From Pelomyxa schiedti (taxonomy: Eukaryota > Protista > Evosea): DNA of 54,931 bases. Position numbers and translations under genes: made by a program. The DNA lies in contig JAHLWZ010000249.1 of assembly GCA_020536535.1 (NCBI GenBank), positions 1-54,931 of the forward strand, given 5' to 3'. The notes under the pieces are model-generated. The model was not told the DNA's origin, ran no database searches, and saw nothing but the letters and a program-made list of their open reading frames with translations. Of the stretch, positions 1 to 9,776 are shown piece after piece; the stretch's first letter is position 1, and each line of letters starts with the position of its first letter.

Positions 1-102
1 GCTGGGTCGCGTGGGGCTGCTGCTGCTAGTGGCGGGGGGCTCCTGCTTGATGTTGGCGTGGGGAGGAGGAGGCGGTGCAGGGGAGTGCTGTTGTTGTTGC
101 AT
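1..102 (-). CDS. RAD52: 5' part of a second RAD52 copy (runs off the window start)
   Basis: Near-identical to 11536-11638; encodes [23 protein letters not shown]. Confidence 0.75.
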   Translation of the reverse strand, partial: MQQQQHSPAPPPPPHANIKQEPPATSSSSPTRPS

Positions 103-264
103 TATCGAAGGTCGTTGTTGTCCCCCTTGGGCTTCGGTCGCTCCGAAAAAAGTGATTAATTAACTGAGAGGAGATCTGACAGGTAAATCTGGTGTTTCTT
201 TTTTTACAATTAGCCTCTGATTGTAACAGGACAATGACTGGTGTTGTATTGTATTGTTTTGTGG

Positions 265-1701
265 TCATAGCCTATCGGGGAGAGCGACAACTTGTTTGAT
301 GAGGAATTGCTTCTCTTCCTTGAATTGTTCGTCATCTTTTTGTTCAAATTAGTTAAGAGCAGAGAATGTATTAAACTACACTACCCTTGTCATTTTGAAA
401 GTTGTTGAGGAATCTGATCAGCTTTTCTTTGTTCTGGATAAGAATACGTAGAACGAGCGGAGGCTTGTTTGGATTCGCAACAAAGACCTGCACAGTGTAA
501 GTTCATAATTTAACGGGTGTAGTGTAGTACCTTGAAAACGTGGAACGATTCATACTGTATACGCTTGCTGCGGTCACGTAATAGATTCATCATTACACGT
601 AGATTTGTGCTGCTGCTTATGAATCGGGTCATTACATTGAAATTTGCGCGATCAAGTAGAAGTTCACCCAGCAGCTTCAGGGACTACAACACCTTGAGCA
701 TGCCAAAGGAAAAAAATCGGAAGAACTGGGTACCTGGGTTCGAGTAACAAAGTTGTCCTTTTCAAGAAGAGCCATGTATCTGTCAAAAAACTTGGAGCGA
801 TCAGATAATTTTGAATTTCTGCAGTTGTACTTTATCATAGTTAGTTTCCAAGAATCCCGATGCCATTTCTTTGTGATTTGTCAATATTTCCTGGGAACAG
901 TGTCAGGACGAAGTAAAAGGTTTTAAACTGTCACCTTCAGAGTGGCAAAAGCATCGCATGCAATATCAAATTGTACGGAATCGAGGTACTTAAACAAGGC
1001 CCAAACAATATCACCATGCAGCATAAGTTTATTTAGCGTTTCGAATTTGGAGCACTCGCGCAGCATCGCGCCACAGGTGAGGGCAACCTCGGGATCCTCG
1101 TACCTTGGTTGATGTTTATGTGATGTATTTGGCCTTACAGTTAAACGGCATACCCTCTTAGGAGTACGTCGAGAGTGATGGGGCTGCGGGAAATGTACTC
1201 GGCAGTTGGTGAGCGGCCGCCTACTTGCCTTCGCAATAAATTTACAAACATGAATGAAGCATCTCGTCTGGCTTCGAATTCAAGTTTCCCCATGGTCTGT
1301 ATCATTAGCGGTAATACATCAGTGGCAAAGCACTCATTGCAAATCAAAACTAAGTTCAACAGTATAAGTGACACATGAAAACGGGGAGCCAAAAAAAGTC
1401 ACCAGCAGCCTCTGGTCCATGCTCCGGATCCGCCAAAAGACCTCTGATAAAACTCAAGTTTTTTGTGGTCTCCTCAACAACCTGCACGACAAGCGAAAAA
1501 CGCAGGCCAAGGTGTTTTGAGTGAGTGAATGAACCAGCAACAACACACACAATTGAAAAAAAAAACAAACCCATAAACCAAAACCGAAACGACCGGGGAT
1601 TGACATCACACCTTTCTGGGGGCAGGGGCTGGCTGCGCCAACACAGTGAGCGACTCCTTGATCGACCTCACGACTTCTTGTGGTTTACCTCGCTTGAACA
1701 T
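265..1701 (-). CDS. MO25: MO25/CAB39 family protein, copy 1 (multi-exon)
   Basis: Spliced translation [11 protein letters not shown]...[10 protein letters not shown]...[17 protein letters not shown]...[12 protein letters not shown]...[21 protein letters not shown]...[14 protein letters not shown]...[16 protein letters not shown]. Confidence 0.93.
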
Positions 1702-1960
1702 CTACCTAGCTAGCCCCTTTGACGTCGCTTCCCGCGTAACACTCCCGTCGTATCCCCTTTTCGGGTTTTTTCTTGTTTACGGGAAATCTGGGTGATGGTT
1801 TACAAAAACAAAAATAAGCCTGTAGAACTCAGCTTGGGCAAGAACAACACATCGAGGGTCAATGAGGTACCCGTATATCTGCCAACAACCTCAGAGTGAA
1901 TGTCCCCACCAACCAGTGTTCAACAAGCGTGTAGCTGAAACGATTTGATGTTGGCAATCT

Positions 1961-2728
1961 CTAGTAACCATGTTTTTTATGTGTACGGGTGTTATGGGTG
2001 CCTGTTTTCGGTTCCTGAGAGACTTCTGTGTGTTTAATCGAGTGTTGGTGGATGAGGGTTTCTAGGTCACTCTGTATTTGGTAGTTATTACGAGAGAAGA
2101 GTCAGAATAGACAGCCATACCTGCCAACCAGCCTGGCCAGTTCCCTGCACCCAGTGTCACAGTCCCCTTGCCAGAACACATCCCGGTAATTGCTGGGAGA
2201 ATCAAATTGAAGCCCACCTAGTGTGTGATATAGTGAGTAATGTTACAGTGCGGGAGTGGTAGGGAGAGGAGGTACCAGGACTGATACCGAGCATGGTGAG
2301 GAGTGGGTCATCCGGCGTTATTCCGGCCTTTTCCCGGTTGATAAGGAGTCGCGGGACAGTTGGACGCACCTTTGAAGAATCAATGTTATCATACTTAATG
2401 GCTTTGGGTGTACCTTATCAACCAAGGATGCAAATGGTTGTACAACAAGGGAAGTACCCAAAATGATGAGCAAGTCACACTATATGGGGTAAAAAGGCAC
2501 GAAAAAGCCAACGAAATTCAACCTTTGGGAAGTCAGTTTTGAGCCGTTTCATGAAGGACAAGGGCAGTGATTCCCCAAAGAATACAATATCTTGTTTAAC
2601 ATTAAAGAAAGTTTAACTTTCCGTACTTTACACTTCACAAACCTGGCTTCACAAGGCCATCACACTTGCGGCACTTTGGAATTGAATCAGCTAAAATTTG
2701 CTCTGAAACTTTGTGAGCACTGAGACCA
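1961..2728 (-). CDS. Sirtuin C-terminal exons, copy 1 (partial, cut by gap; apparent 4-bp deletion near the 3' end)
   Basis: PKCRKCDGLVKP, IVFFGESLP, GTSLVVQPFASL, LLINRE and GDCD motifs; duplicate of 13480-14249. Confidence 0.8.
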
Positions 2729-2828
2729 NNNNNNNNNNNNNNNNNNNNNNNNNNNNNNNNNNNNNNNNNNNNNNNNNNNNNNNNNNNNNNNNNNNNNNNN
2801 NNNNNNNNNNNNNNNNNNNNNNNNNNNN
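2729..2828. other. Scaffold gap (100 N)
   Basis: Run of N. Confidence 1.
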
Positions 2829-2929
2829 ACTTGGGAGTGTTTGTTACAACAAATTGTTGCTTTGACAACCTTGTCAGCACTGTTAAATATTGAGTTGGCT
2901 TAAAACTTAAAAACTTTTTCTCAGACCAA

Positions 2930-3060
2930 AAAGTCCATACCTCCGCCCCCAGGGCGGAGGTTTTTTTCCCTATCAAAAAGTGCATACCTCCACCCGGGCG
3001 GAAGTTTTTGTCGGGGCAGAAGTATGTACTTTTTGATAGGTAAAAAACTTCCGCCCATTG
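2930..3060. repeat. Imperfect inverted-repeat (foldback) cluster, possible transposon end
   Basis: 2952-2996 is approximately the reverse complement of 3013-3056; recurring aaaaagtNcatacctccgccc / gggcggaRgttttt units. Confidence 0.7.
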
Positions 3061-3069
3061 ACCCAGATA

Positions 3070-3436
3070 TGTGTTCGTCGACGACGTCGGCGTCGGTGTA
3101 CATCAGGCACCTGTCGGGGGCGATCCAGCCAAGCACCGCAGAGTTGGGGACGACGCGGCAGGGGACCTGCGCGAGGCCCAGGGTGTGGGACAGGCTGAAG
3201 AAGACCTCGTAGCCGGTGCGGGCGCCCAGGCCGAAGTTGGCGAGCACGGGGCGGGCGACGGCCGTCACCCACCTCTTGCCGATGCACTCCACGAGCACAG
3301 AAGGGGGCAGCACGGCGGCGTGCCGGGCGCGAGGGAGCAGGGACGACGCGAGTGCGACGAATTGATCGGCGGCCGTGAGTGCGCCGGGAAGACGCCTGAG
3401 AAACTCAAATTCTACGTCGTCGCTGTCCCTTATCAT
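3070..3436 (-). pseudogene. Lineage-specific family gene, apparently 3'-truncated paralog of 4767-6290
   Basis: LPGALTAADQFVALA...LPPSVLVECIGKRWVTAV.RPVLANFGLGARTGYEVFFSLSHTLGL shared with the neighbour; similarity ends where the inverted repeats begin. Confidence 0.6.
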
Positions 3437-3570
3437 CAATTCCGTAGATTTTTGTTTCTTTGAAGTCATCAAAAAAAGACAAATACATTGGCTGCTTGCT
3501 GTATCCAACAGATAGGTCTCTCGTGTTTTTTTTATCCCGCCAAATACTACCACCTCTTTGTACCCAGAAT

Positions 3571-4654
3571 TCAGTGATTAGATACAGGAATCAGTTTCAC
3601 GGTGGTGTCGAAAGAGTGAAGGGCACAGGCATGGTACCAGTACACACACTGGCCATCAGCTGTCACTCTTTGTGAGTTAGTTCGTATTCGACCCAAAGTG
3701 GAAAACCACACACAGAACATACCTTGGGAGCGTGATTGGTTGGCAAAGGGAAACATCACCAGCAAACATTTCCACTGTCCCTGAATTCAAGTCCACCTCG
3801 ACCGTGAATTCAGTTCCCTTTCTTTGCATGAGCATTCCTGCTGGACAGTTTTCTGGAGGGGGTGTGTTGAAGTAAAAGATATCAGGTTCGCTCCAAAAAA
3901 CTGATCCAGTGTGGCAAGTGAGCATCACTGAGAATACACATCCTGGAGGCTTGCAAAGGTGCTGATACCCACTGAAGGTGAAAGTGCTCACGTCAACCTT
4001 GGTTGTGAATCCGATGATTCCAACCATAGTACCGCCGTTCCTGAACATTGTTTTGTAGCACCTGTTTTCACATGTCACTAAAAGAAAAGTGAAGTCAGAG
4101 AAAGGTTACCTGCTTGTGGCGTTGGTTTTTTTCCATTGTGCCTTTTGGTTCAGATCAAAGGTTTTTGTAACAAGTTCTTCAGTTGCTCCCCATCCACATG
4201 TCCATCTCAGTGTTTTGTTGATTTCCTTCACCCGCGATAAGTCTACCCCCGAGTATTCAGGCAAACAGAAGCTGTCACTTGAGAGAATCCACAAATACGC
4301 ATCAATATCGCGTCCCCTTGTCCTGGTTGCAGTCATTCCACTGTCAGTCACTTGAAATGTCTCATTCTCCATGAACTGCAACCCAGTTAGAACTCATTGG
4401 AAAAACCCAGAAAAAATACACACCTCGATGCACTCAGGTTTCAGCAGCAAGCAAATAGCTCTGATGACATCAGGTGGCAAGCACCTCACCGTCCCACAAT
4501 GTGGATTATCCCCTGGTGCCAGCGTGTTTCTCGTGAAACCGAAAATTACAGCGACGCACGCTCGCCTCCATTCCTCCCTTGGAATGGGACACACAACAGA
4601 TCTGCAGATGTCTCGCGAAACCGCTGCCTGCAGCGCACTCAGCACCCTATACAT
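3571..4654 (-). CDS. Hypothetical multi-exon protein with an N-terminal LPPDVIRAIC motif and a SPRY-like beta domain
   Basis: ORFs 4394-4654, 4106-4381, 3677-4078 and 3571-3765 can be joined by short GT-AG introns; FTVEVDLNSGTVEMF resembles SPRY-type strands. Confidence 0.6.
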
Positions 4655-4766
4655 AACCGAAAAAAAACAAAATGATCTGTTTTTCTGAGATGTTTCTCAA
4701 GCTTGAGGCTTCGATCTTCGTAGAAAAGGGAGGGAGCTAACATAACTCGAGGAGTCTGCAACTACC

Positions 4767-6290
4767 TCAATGTCGCCATGCACGTGAAGTGAACACTTTT
4801 GGGGTGCGGAATGTGATGGGTGCAATTGACAGAGGGAGGACACCCCTGGGCATCATGGTGATGGTGAACAACGTGGCACCTGACACAGCGTCAGTGAATG
4901 TGTGCATGGACAGTGGCGCGGCTGTGTTGTATGGGAGCCCAAGCCTCCTGCTCGATGATGGGTGGTGCCTGATGTGGAGAACTTCACACTCTGGGTCATC
5001 ATTGAGTGCTGCATCCCATTGGGGCTGTGGGAGAGCGGATTGCACAGTTGTGCTGGTGACAAGAAGGCCGCATCCTGATGTGACTGCCTGTGTTCCTGGT
5101 GGGTGCCTGTATGTGCACAGTGGAGTGGGGCGAGGATGGACGCACCTCCTCAATTGGGCTGCCTCGCACAGTGATGACAGAGCAAATACAGATGTTGATG
5201 AGTGGTCACTGGTTGTTGTGGCGAGGTGGGCCTCATCAACTGCCTTCACTTCCAGCGGCTCTGTTACGTTTTTCAGCCATGCAAGATGATTCCCTGTGCT
5301 GATACCAATAAGCATCTGATTGTAGGAGGTACTGGCAGCTTTCTTGAAGGAGAGGTACTCAAGGGTCTTCTGTGTGGTGAGAAACCTTTTTACCTTCTTC
5401 CTTTGCTTGTGTACTGTTGTGACTGGCAAGTAATAACTCCCTTTTGCCCTGTCAACCAGCGGGGCACACAGCCCCGCAGAGAGCTCAGCAGATAAATCAC
5501 ATTCAGCAACGATGGTCGGACTGGTAATATCGCCTTCCTTCCAGACCTCGTTCAAATCAACATGTTGAACTACGATGCAGTTCCCCTCCTCAAGGAATAT
5601 CAGCTCCAGAGTGTCAGACTCCGAGTCATACTCACTGGTTGTGCACCAGAACCTCAGCTGCAGCAGCTCCTTAGCGACGCGACACTCGGTGTGGTCATCT
5701 GACGCCACCCCATCCTGGACCTTCCACACCAGCAGCTTCTCTGACCTTTTAGGAGAAATAGCGATCCACCTGGTGCCGCACGCGGCCCTCGCGGTCCTAC
5801 TGTCATCGTCCCTCCACTCCGCGAGCACCTTGGGCCTGTCTGCTCCGTCCTCTCCCTCGCTCAGCTGGCCAACGATGACCTTGTGGTGCTGGTAGTCCGG
5901 AGTGTCCCCGCTGAGCAGCACGCACCTGTCTGGGGCGATCCATCCCAGCACGTTGACGTACAGCTCGACGCGGCAGGGGGCCTGGACGAGGCCCAGGGTG
6001 TGCGACAGGCTGAAGAAGACCTCGTAGCCGGTGCGGGCGCCCAGGCCGAAGTTGGCGAGCACGGGGCGGTCGACGGCCGTCACCCACCTCTTGCCGATGC
6101 ACTCCACGAGCACAGAGGGGGGCAGTGCGGAGACGTGGCAGGCGCCGCGGCGGGCGGCGGGGGGTGGGCGGCGCCGTCCCATAATTTTTCTCGGCGTCAG
6201 GAACGAGGGCCAGGCGAGGGCAACAAATTGACTGGCGGCCGTAAGTGCGCCCGGAAGAAGTTGTAGTCCAACGTCTTCTATTCGCCTCAT
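4767..6290 (-). CDS. Intronless lineage-specific family protein (~507 aa)
   Basis: Long open ORF; paralogous to 6527-7999 (FSLSHTLG, EVKAVDE.H...TTSDHSSTSVF.LSSL, HTF.DA..G.TLFT). Confidence 0.8.
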   Translation of the reverse strand: MRRIEDVGLQLLPGALTAASQFVALAWPSFLTPRKIMGRRRPPPAARRGACHVSALPPSVLVECIGKRWVTAVDRPVLANFGLGARTGYEVFFSLSHTLGLVQAPCRVELYVNVLGWIAPDRCVLLSGDTPDYQHHKVIVGQLSEGEDGADRPKVLAEWRDDDSRTARAACGTRWIAISPKRSEKLLVWKVQDGVASDDHTECRVAKELLQLRFWCTTSEYDSESDTLELIFLEEGNCIVVQHVDLNEVWKEGDITSPTIVAECDLSAELSAGLCAPLVDRAKGSYYLPVTTVHKQRKKVKRFLTTQKTLEYLSFKKAASTSYNQMLIGISTGNHLAWLKNVTEPLEVKAVDEAHLATTTSDHSSTSVFALSSLCEAAQLRRCVHPRPTPLCTYRHPPGTQAVTSGCGLLVTSTTVQSALPQPQWDAALNDDPECEVLHIRHHPSSSRRLGLPYNTAAPLSMHTFTDAVSGATLFTITMMPRGVLPLSIAPITFRTPKVFTSRAWRH

Positions 6291-6526
6291 TTTTTTTGTG
6301 TTTGATGATGTCTTCCAGAGCAGGGTTGTTATTTCAAGTAAGTACTTGGCGGTTGATGATGCGAACAAGTACTTGTGTATCTGAAAGAGTCAAACGTTAC
6401 TTTCACTGCGGCATTTTGGTAGTTTTTTTTAGTTCTAACTAGAACTAAAAATTGAAGAAAGATCCTCGGGAAGGCTAAGGGTTTGGATATCTGGAAGGAA
6501 TTGACTGAAGGGTTTGCCTCTACTCT

Positions 6527-7999
6527 TCAGCGGAAGATGGGAGTTTTGAAAGGAACTTGAGTGATTGACTGAGGGAAGATGCCGTTGTTGAGAGTCATGG
6601 TGAACAAAGTGGTTCCTGTCAGTGCGTCAACAAACGTGTGTGTTGTTGTCACTGTGGTGGTTGCACTGTTGAATGGAGAGCCAAAGATTTTCTGAGATGT
6701 AAATGGAGTGTAGGTATTCTTCAACATTGATGCCACAAGTGCAGGTGCTGTTGAAAGGGAACTGGTGACTATCACACCACAACCAGCAGCAACTGACTTG
6801 GTTCCTGTTGGGTGTTGGTGTGTGATACAGGGGACTGCCTTATGTTGCTGAGCGAATGTGTTCATGTGAATGAGGGACGAGAGGGAAAACACAGATGTTG
6901 ATGAGTGGTCACTGGTTGTTATCGAAATGTGTGACTCATCAACTGCCTTCACCTCCACTTCTCCTGTGATGTTTTCAAACCACTTGATAGTGAACGCAGT
7001 GTTCAAATCCAAAAGTTTTTGAGCCTGCTTATCTGTATAATTCCCTATTTCTGTTGCAAAAGGCAAGTAATACTTTCTTTCAGCCCTGTCAACAAGTGGA
7101 GGGTACAGATTGTAAGCACACAGTCCCACAGCCGACAAGTTGCACTGGGCAATAAGCTCTGGGTCCACTTCTCTCTCCTTCCACGTAGTGTTCATATCCA
7201 GGTGGAAAACAGATAAAAACCAAGCTCCTTGCTCTCTATGATAAAAGAACACCTCCAGAATTTCAGAGTCACAGTCATACTGATTGATTGGTCCAAAGAA
7301 CCTCAGCGACAATAGGCACCCCATTGAGGAACAGTCAACCGCCATGAAGCTCTGAGCCAAGCCATCATCCCCAACCCTCCACATCATAAGCTTACTTGAG
7401 TCCTTTGGTGCCAGAACAATCCACCTCCTGTTGATTGCCGCAATTGGATAAGGATTCATGCACAGAGTTTCACTCAGTGTCATGAACTCAGGGCCCCACA
7501 TAGACTTCCCAATTTTGACAGACGCCGGTTCCTTGTCCAGGCCATGGAAAAAGTACACCACGTTGTCAGGCCTGGTCCACCCAAAGCAAGAGTCCCACAG
7601 CCCAACGTGCCAAGGCCCATTCACCACCCCAAGAGTATGTGACAAAGAAAAGCAAAACTGGCAGTGCTTCTCGAGCGGCCCGCCGGGGTCGGACGCGAAC
7701 GTGGCCAGCACGACGCGCTCGACGTCCATCACCCACCTCCGGCCAATGCACTCGGCCAAGATCCACCGAGGCAGCATCCACACGTAGCAACGACGGCGCT
7801 TGCGCCCGCGGTTTCGGTGTGGGCGGCTGCCGCCACGGTGTGGTTGTGGTTGGGGGGCGCTGCTGGAGGAGGGTTTCGTTGACAGGAGGAACACCACGGG
7901 GGGAGGAGGGCCACGGTGGAGGGCCAAAGCAAGTGTCAGCAGTTGCTGCCGCGCACCGAGAGACACGACTGTGCCTCGAACGCCACCCTGCATCGCCAT
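6527..7999 (-). CDS. Intronless lineage-specific family protein (~490 aa)
   Basis: Long open ORF with full-length similarity to 4767-6290. Confidence 0.8.
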   Translation of the reverse strand: MAMQGGVRGTVVSLGARQQLLTLALALHRGPPPPVVFLLSTKPSSSSAPQPQPHRGGSRPHRNRGRKRRRCYVWMLPRWILAECIGRRWVMDVERVVLATFASDPGGPLEKHCQFCFSLSHTLGVVNGPWHVGLWDSCFGWTRPDNVVYFFHGLDKEPASVKIGKSMWGPEFMTLSETLCMNPYPIAAINRRWIVLAPKDSSKLMMWRVGDDGLAQSFMAVDCSSMGCLLSLRFFGPINQYDCDSEILEVFFYHREQGAWFLSVFHLDMNTTWKEREVDPELIAQCNLSAVGLCAYNLYPPLVDRAERKYYLPFATEIGNYTDKQAQKLLDLNTAFTIKWFENITGEVEVKAVDESHISITTSDHSSTSVFSLSSLIHMNTFAQQHKAVPCITHQHPTGTKSVAAGCGVIVTSSLSTAPALVASMLKNTYTPFTSQKIFGSPFNSATTTVTTTHTFVDALTGTTLFTMTLNNGIFPQSITQVPFKTPIFR

Positions 8000-8272
8000 C
8001 CTCAGGATTATTAGCACGACTTTTCAACCATTCGTCATCCACGCAGCGGCCTCTGACTTACCGCTAACGTAGCGACAAAAAAGCCTCAGAGAGTGCCAGG
8101 ATTTGGTTCACTTACCAAGGTGGGCACAAAGTTGCCAAGGTCTGGGCGGTGTTCAGTACAAGATGTCCACGTCTCCGTCCACGTGGGAGCACCGAAAGTA
8201 GCCTTGATGATCGTTGACTCCCAGAAAACCAAAGCACAGAAAAAAAAAAAACTTGCTTTTGTATCGGCGGCG

Positions 8273-9703
8273 ATGTTGTCCGTGATCATACCGACGTATA
8301 ACGAGAGGGGCAACATGCCCAAGATCATTCCCGTATGTTTGTTCTTTGTTGTTCTTGATAGTCTTTTTTTTTTCCCTTTGCTCATCTCGCGGTTGTTGTA
8401 GGCACTGTCCGAGGAGCTTGATAAAGAAAATATTCGTTACGAAATCATTGTTATGGACGACAACTCCCCAGACAAAACAAGCCAAGCGGTACGCCTGCAC
8501 CTTCATTTACTTTTGCTATTAAAATCTATAATCTATGAAAATTCTTAAATGCACACTTCCGTAAAACTAACCGTACACCTGTAAAACCGCGCTTTTTTTC
8601 TGATGTTTTATAATAGGTACAAGACCTTGCACAGCAGGGCTACCACTGCCGCTGCGTTGTTCGCAAGACAAACAGGGGACTTTCACCGGCTGTGATTGAC
8701 GGGTTCGCAGCTTGCAAGCCTGGTTCGATAAGGTTGGTAATGGATGCTGATTTGAGCCACCCTGTGGAAGTGGTGCCTAAGCTGTACCGCGCTATTGCTG
8801 ACGGCAAAGCTGAGGTTGCCGTAGGCAGCAGGCACTGTCTGGGTGGAGGGATTGAGAATTGGCCTCTCAAGTATGTTGCCCGCATCGACATTGGGATGAA
8901 GCTAATCTCATGGCAGGAGGAAAATTATATCTTGGGGAGCAGCTCTCATGGCAAAGCCGCTGGCGACCTGCAGTGATCCCATGAGTGGTTTCTTTGCATT
9001 TACTCCCTCTGTCATTGAAGGTGTGCAACTGAATGCCAAAGGATTCAAGATTCTCCTGGAAGTATATTTTGTATTTCCATTTAATACTCGACTTAGTTTA
9101 TTATAGGTGCTTGTCAAGGGACACTACAACAAGGTGGTTGAAGTCCCCATTGTATTCAAGGATCGAGAATGGGGTGAAAGCAAGCTGGGCCGGGGCGTTA
9201 TCGTTTCGTACATTCTTCACCTGATCGCTCTTTATCTTACTCCCGGAACTGCACCCTTGTTGAAGTTCTTATTTGTAGGCGGCTGCGGAATGATACTGGA
9301 TGTAACCCTATTCACAATACTAACGATGCTTCTTGGCTTTGGAGGCATTACCGGCCAGCTTACATCATTCTGTGTTGCCTTGATGTGGAACTTCATCATG
9401 AACAGAATCTGGACCTTTGGGAAAACTGGCCAGTCAAATGTACTAGTGGAGTTTGCCAAGTTTGTAGCTGTGGCCTGTGTTGCACTCCTTGTTAGGACCG
9501 GCCTGTTTGAAGGAGGTAAGAAATACCTTGGGATCCACAATGCCCCCTGGGTTCAGCTTCTCTTGGTTGGTGTCATTATCTCTGTTACTGCTATCAACTT
9601 CATTGGCAGCAGGTGGCTGGTGTTCAACTCAAACAAAACAACATCAGCCTCAAAGCCAAAAGCACCAGCCCTTGCCCAATCCAAGAAAAAGAAGAAGCAC
9701 TAA
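8273..9703 (+). CDS. DPM1: Dolichol/polyprenol-phosphate mannosyltransferase (GT2) fused to a C-terminal GtrA-like membrane domain
   Basis: MLSVIIPTYNERGN, EIIVMDDNSPD, VMDADLSHP, VGSR, SDPMSGFF, GFKILLE, EVPIVFKDREWGESKL, then KFLFVGG...WNFIMNRIWTF; 4 introns. Confidence 0.88.
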
Positions 9704-9776
9704 ATTAAGTTGTTGGATAAAAAAAAACCTATGTCAAGAAAGGCTTATTTATTTTCCCCTCAGTTTTATTTTGGTG

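Larger units (their letters stand above)
1..2728. repeat. Diverged duplicate of ~11536-14249 (RAD52 5' end, MO25, sirtuin 3' half)
   Basis: Collinear direct repeat ending at the N gap; exons nearly identical, introns and intergenic DNA diverged. Confidence 0.95.

Noticed and set aside
2939-2967. GC hairpin followed by a T-run resembling a bacterial rho-independent terminator
   Set aside because: Context is eukaryotic, and the hairpin is one unit of a larger inverted-repeat cluster
2635-2985. 116-aa ORF spanning the N gap (likewise ORFs across 26609-26708)
   Set aside because: Artefact of translating through Ns that join unrelated contigs
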